Shown here piece by piece: positions 62,725 to 64,000 of a stretch of 64,000 nt of DNA. The stretch is from Phoronis australis. Lineage: Eukaryota > Animalia > Phoronida. The notes under the pieces are model-generated. The model searched no databases. It worked only from the letters and a program-made list of their open reading frames with translations, and was not told the origin of the DNA. Each line of letters opens with the position of its first letter. Positions within the stretch are counted from its first letter, which is position 1. The stretch covers positions 660,010 to 724,009 of the forward strand of contig NMRA01000105.1 of the NCBI GenBank assembly GCA_002633005.1, written 5' to 3'. Made by a program: the position numbers and the translations under genes.

Positions 62725-63165
62725 CATTATTTCTCATGTACGTGAAGGACATGGAATCTAGTCAACTCTAAACTACTTCTTGTTGATGTTTCTGCCTTCA
62801 AGCATGTATTAGCTACTGAACAAGACTCTTATGCATGAACTCAATGGTCTATGCAATTGGTTCACCAATAACAAGTTAACACTACATGTTTGTAAATCGC
62901 AATAAATTACAGAGTTTAGTGTAATGCAGTTGTATAACACTGTTATCATTTCACACTCACCAGAGTTATATTAGCTTCCAAATGGATAATAAGGTCACAT
63001 TTTAGGAGACAGTCAAGTCCATTGTTAAAATCATGGTTGCTTGAAATTTATGCACAGGCATAGATTGCCTAGATCTTAGATCACAATAACACTGCATATA
63101 TAATTTATCAATTATTCCATTGTTTGATTAGGCTAGTTTAAGTTGGTTTTCTAGCTTAAACGAGT
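62725..63165 (+). mobile_element. Heavily decayed L2/CR1-group LINE RT fragment
   Basis: With frameshifts and stops: LFLMYVKDMES, VNSKLLLVDVSA (decayed YADD region), LMHELNGLCNWFTNNKLTLHVCKS, LKFMHR, IIPLFD*ASLSWFSSL. Confidence 0.75.
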
Positions 63166-64000
63166 GTCCCTGTTAAAAAATCAAGGGCCCGGGGTCGAAT
63201 CTTTGTACTCCAAAATATTTCTGACATTTTCTGTAGTACAGTAATTTTCAAGATATTTCACACAAAAAATATTGGCAAATTTATTTTTCTACTTTTCAAA
63301 GGCTGGTTACTCCAATGAAAATAACGGTAATTTACCAAGTACAAAACACTTTTAGAATTTTTGTGGAAATATTTTACATAATAGAATTTCACGTCTCCCA
63401 TACAGTGTGCAAAAAGTGAAGAATTATAATAAACTTTTCGCAAAACTTGAACAAAAATAATGGCCAAAATTGTAATTTTTTCCCAACACTCATTGTATTG
63501 TCAGAAATGTTCAAAATTTTGTGTTTGCTGATGACAGCTGTACTATTAAAAAATTCAAATAATGAAGTAAAAATGTCTTCTTGTTCATTCTCGTAGAAAA
63601 TTTTGATGAAATAAAGTTTCAGTGTCACACCATATTGCTTTAAGAAACTTTACCCTACCAAAATCAATGTCATGATGGGTGACAGAGACATTAGTCCAAA
63701 AGCTGAGCTGTTGTAATTATGCCCTTTGGGACCTTCTATGCATTGGCCAAGTAGGCAGAGCATAAAGTCATCTATGAAATTAATTGTGCAGTTTGCAATG
63801 AATTTTAAGATAATGTGACTGTCCGCTGAACCATGGCAAATGTCAATATTCTACAACATATTGTCTGGAGGTAGCTTTAAAGCTACCGAACTTGAACATG
63901 CAAAAGAGCTGAATTTAGTGCAATATGTCTCTTACAGAAAATTTGAAATTAATGCTACCATTACAGCATCCTCATTGATGAGAGTTTACTACAACGGAAA

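Overview
AT-rich eukaryotic DNA with many repeats. The repeat types suggest a marine invertebrate, possibly a deuterostome, but that is an inference. It holds one intact host gene: a minus-strand class A (rhodopsin-like) GPCR whose CDS lies in a single exon (25687-27969). This receptor lacks the canonical DRY, CWxP and NPxxY motifs and has a ~450-aa tail rich in candidate docking motifs. Its 5' UTR is spliced, with an acceptor at ~28104. Most other recognisable features are transposon-derived. Retroelements: a young 5'-truncated L2/CR1-group LINE, a decayed second LINE RT, a decayed Penelope-like GIY-YIG fragment, several Penelope-type fold-backs carrying hammerhead-like cores, and tRNA-derived SINEs. 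DNA transposons: an intron-containing hAT relic with an apparent 5-bp TSD, pogo/Tc1-type TA-flanked elements (one hosting a nested CAC-ended element with a 5-bp TSD), Harbinger-type MITEs (one with a Myb/SANT relic), and Helentron/HINE-like elements carrying ~425-bp higher-order tandem arrays. Almost all short ORFs in the supplied track are spurious. All alignments were done by eye, so boundaries are approximate unless a TIR or TSD is quoted. I found no clear new multi-gene system. The best leads are the atypical GPCR and the hammerhead-variant fold-backs.
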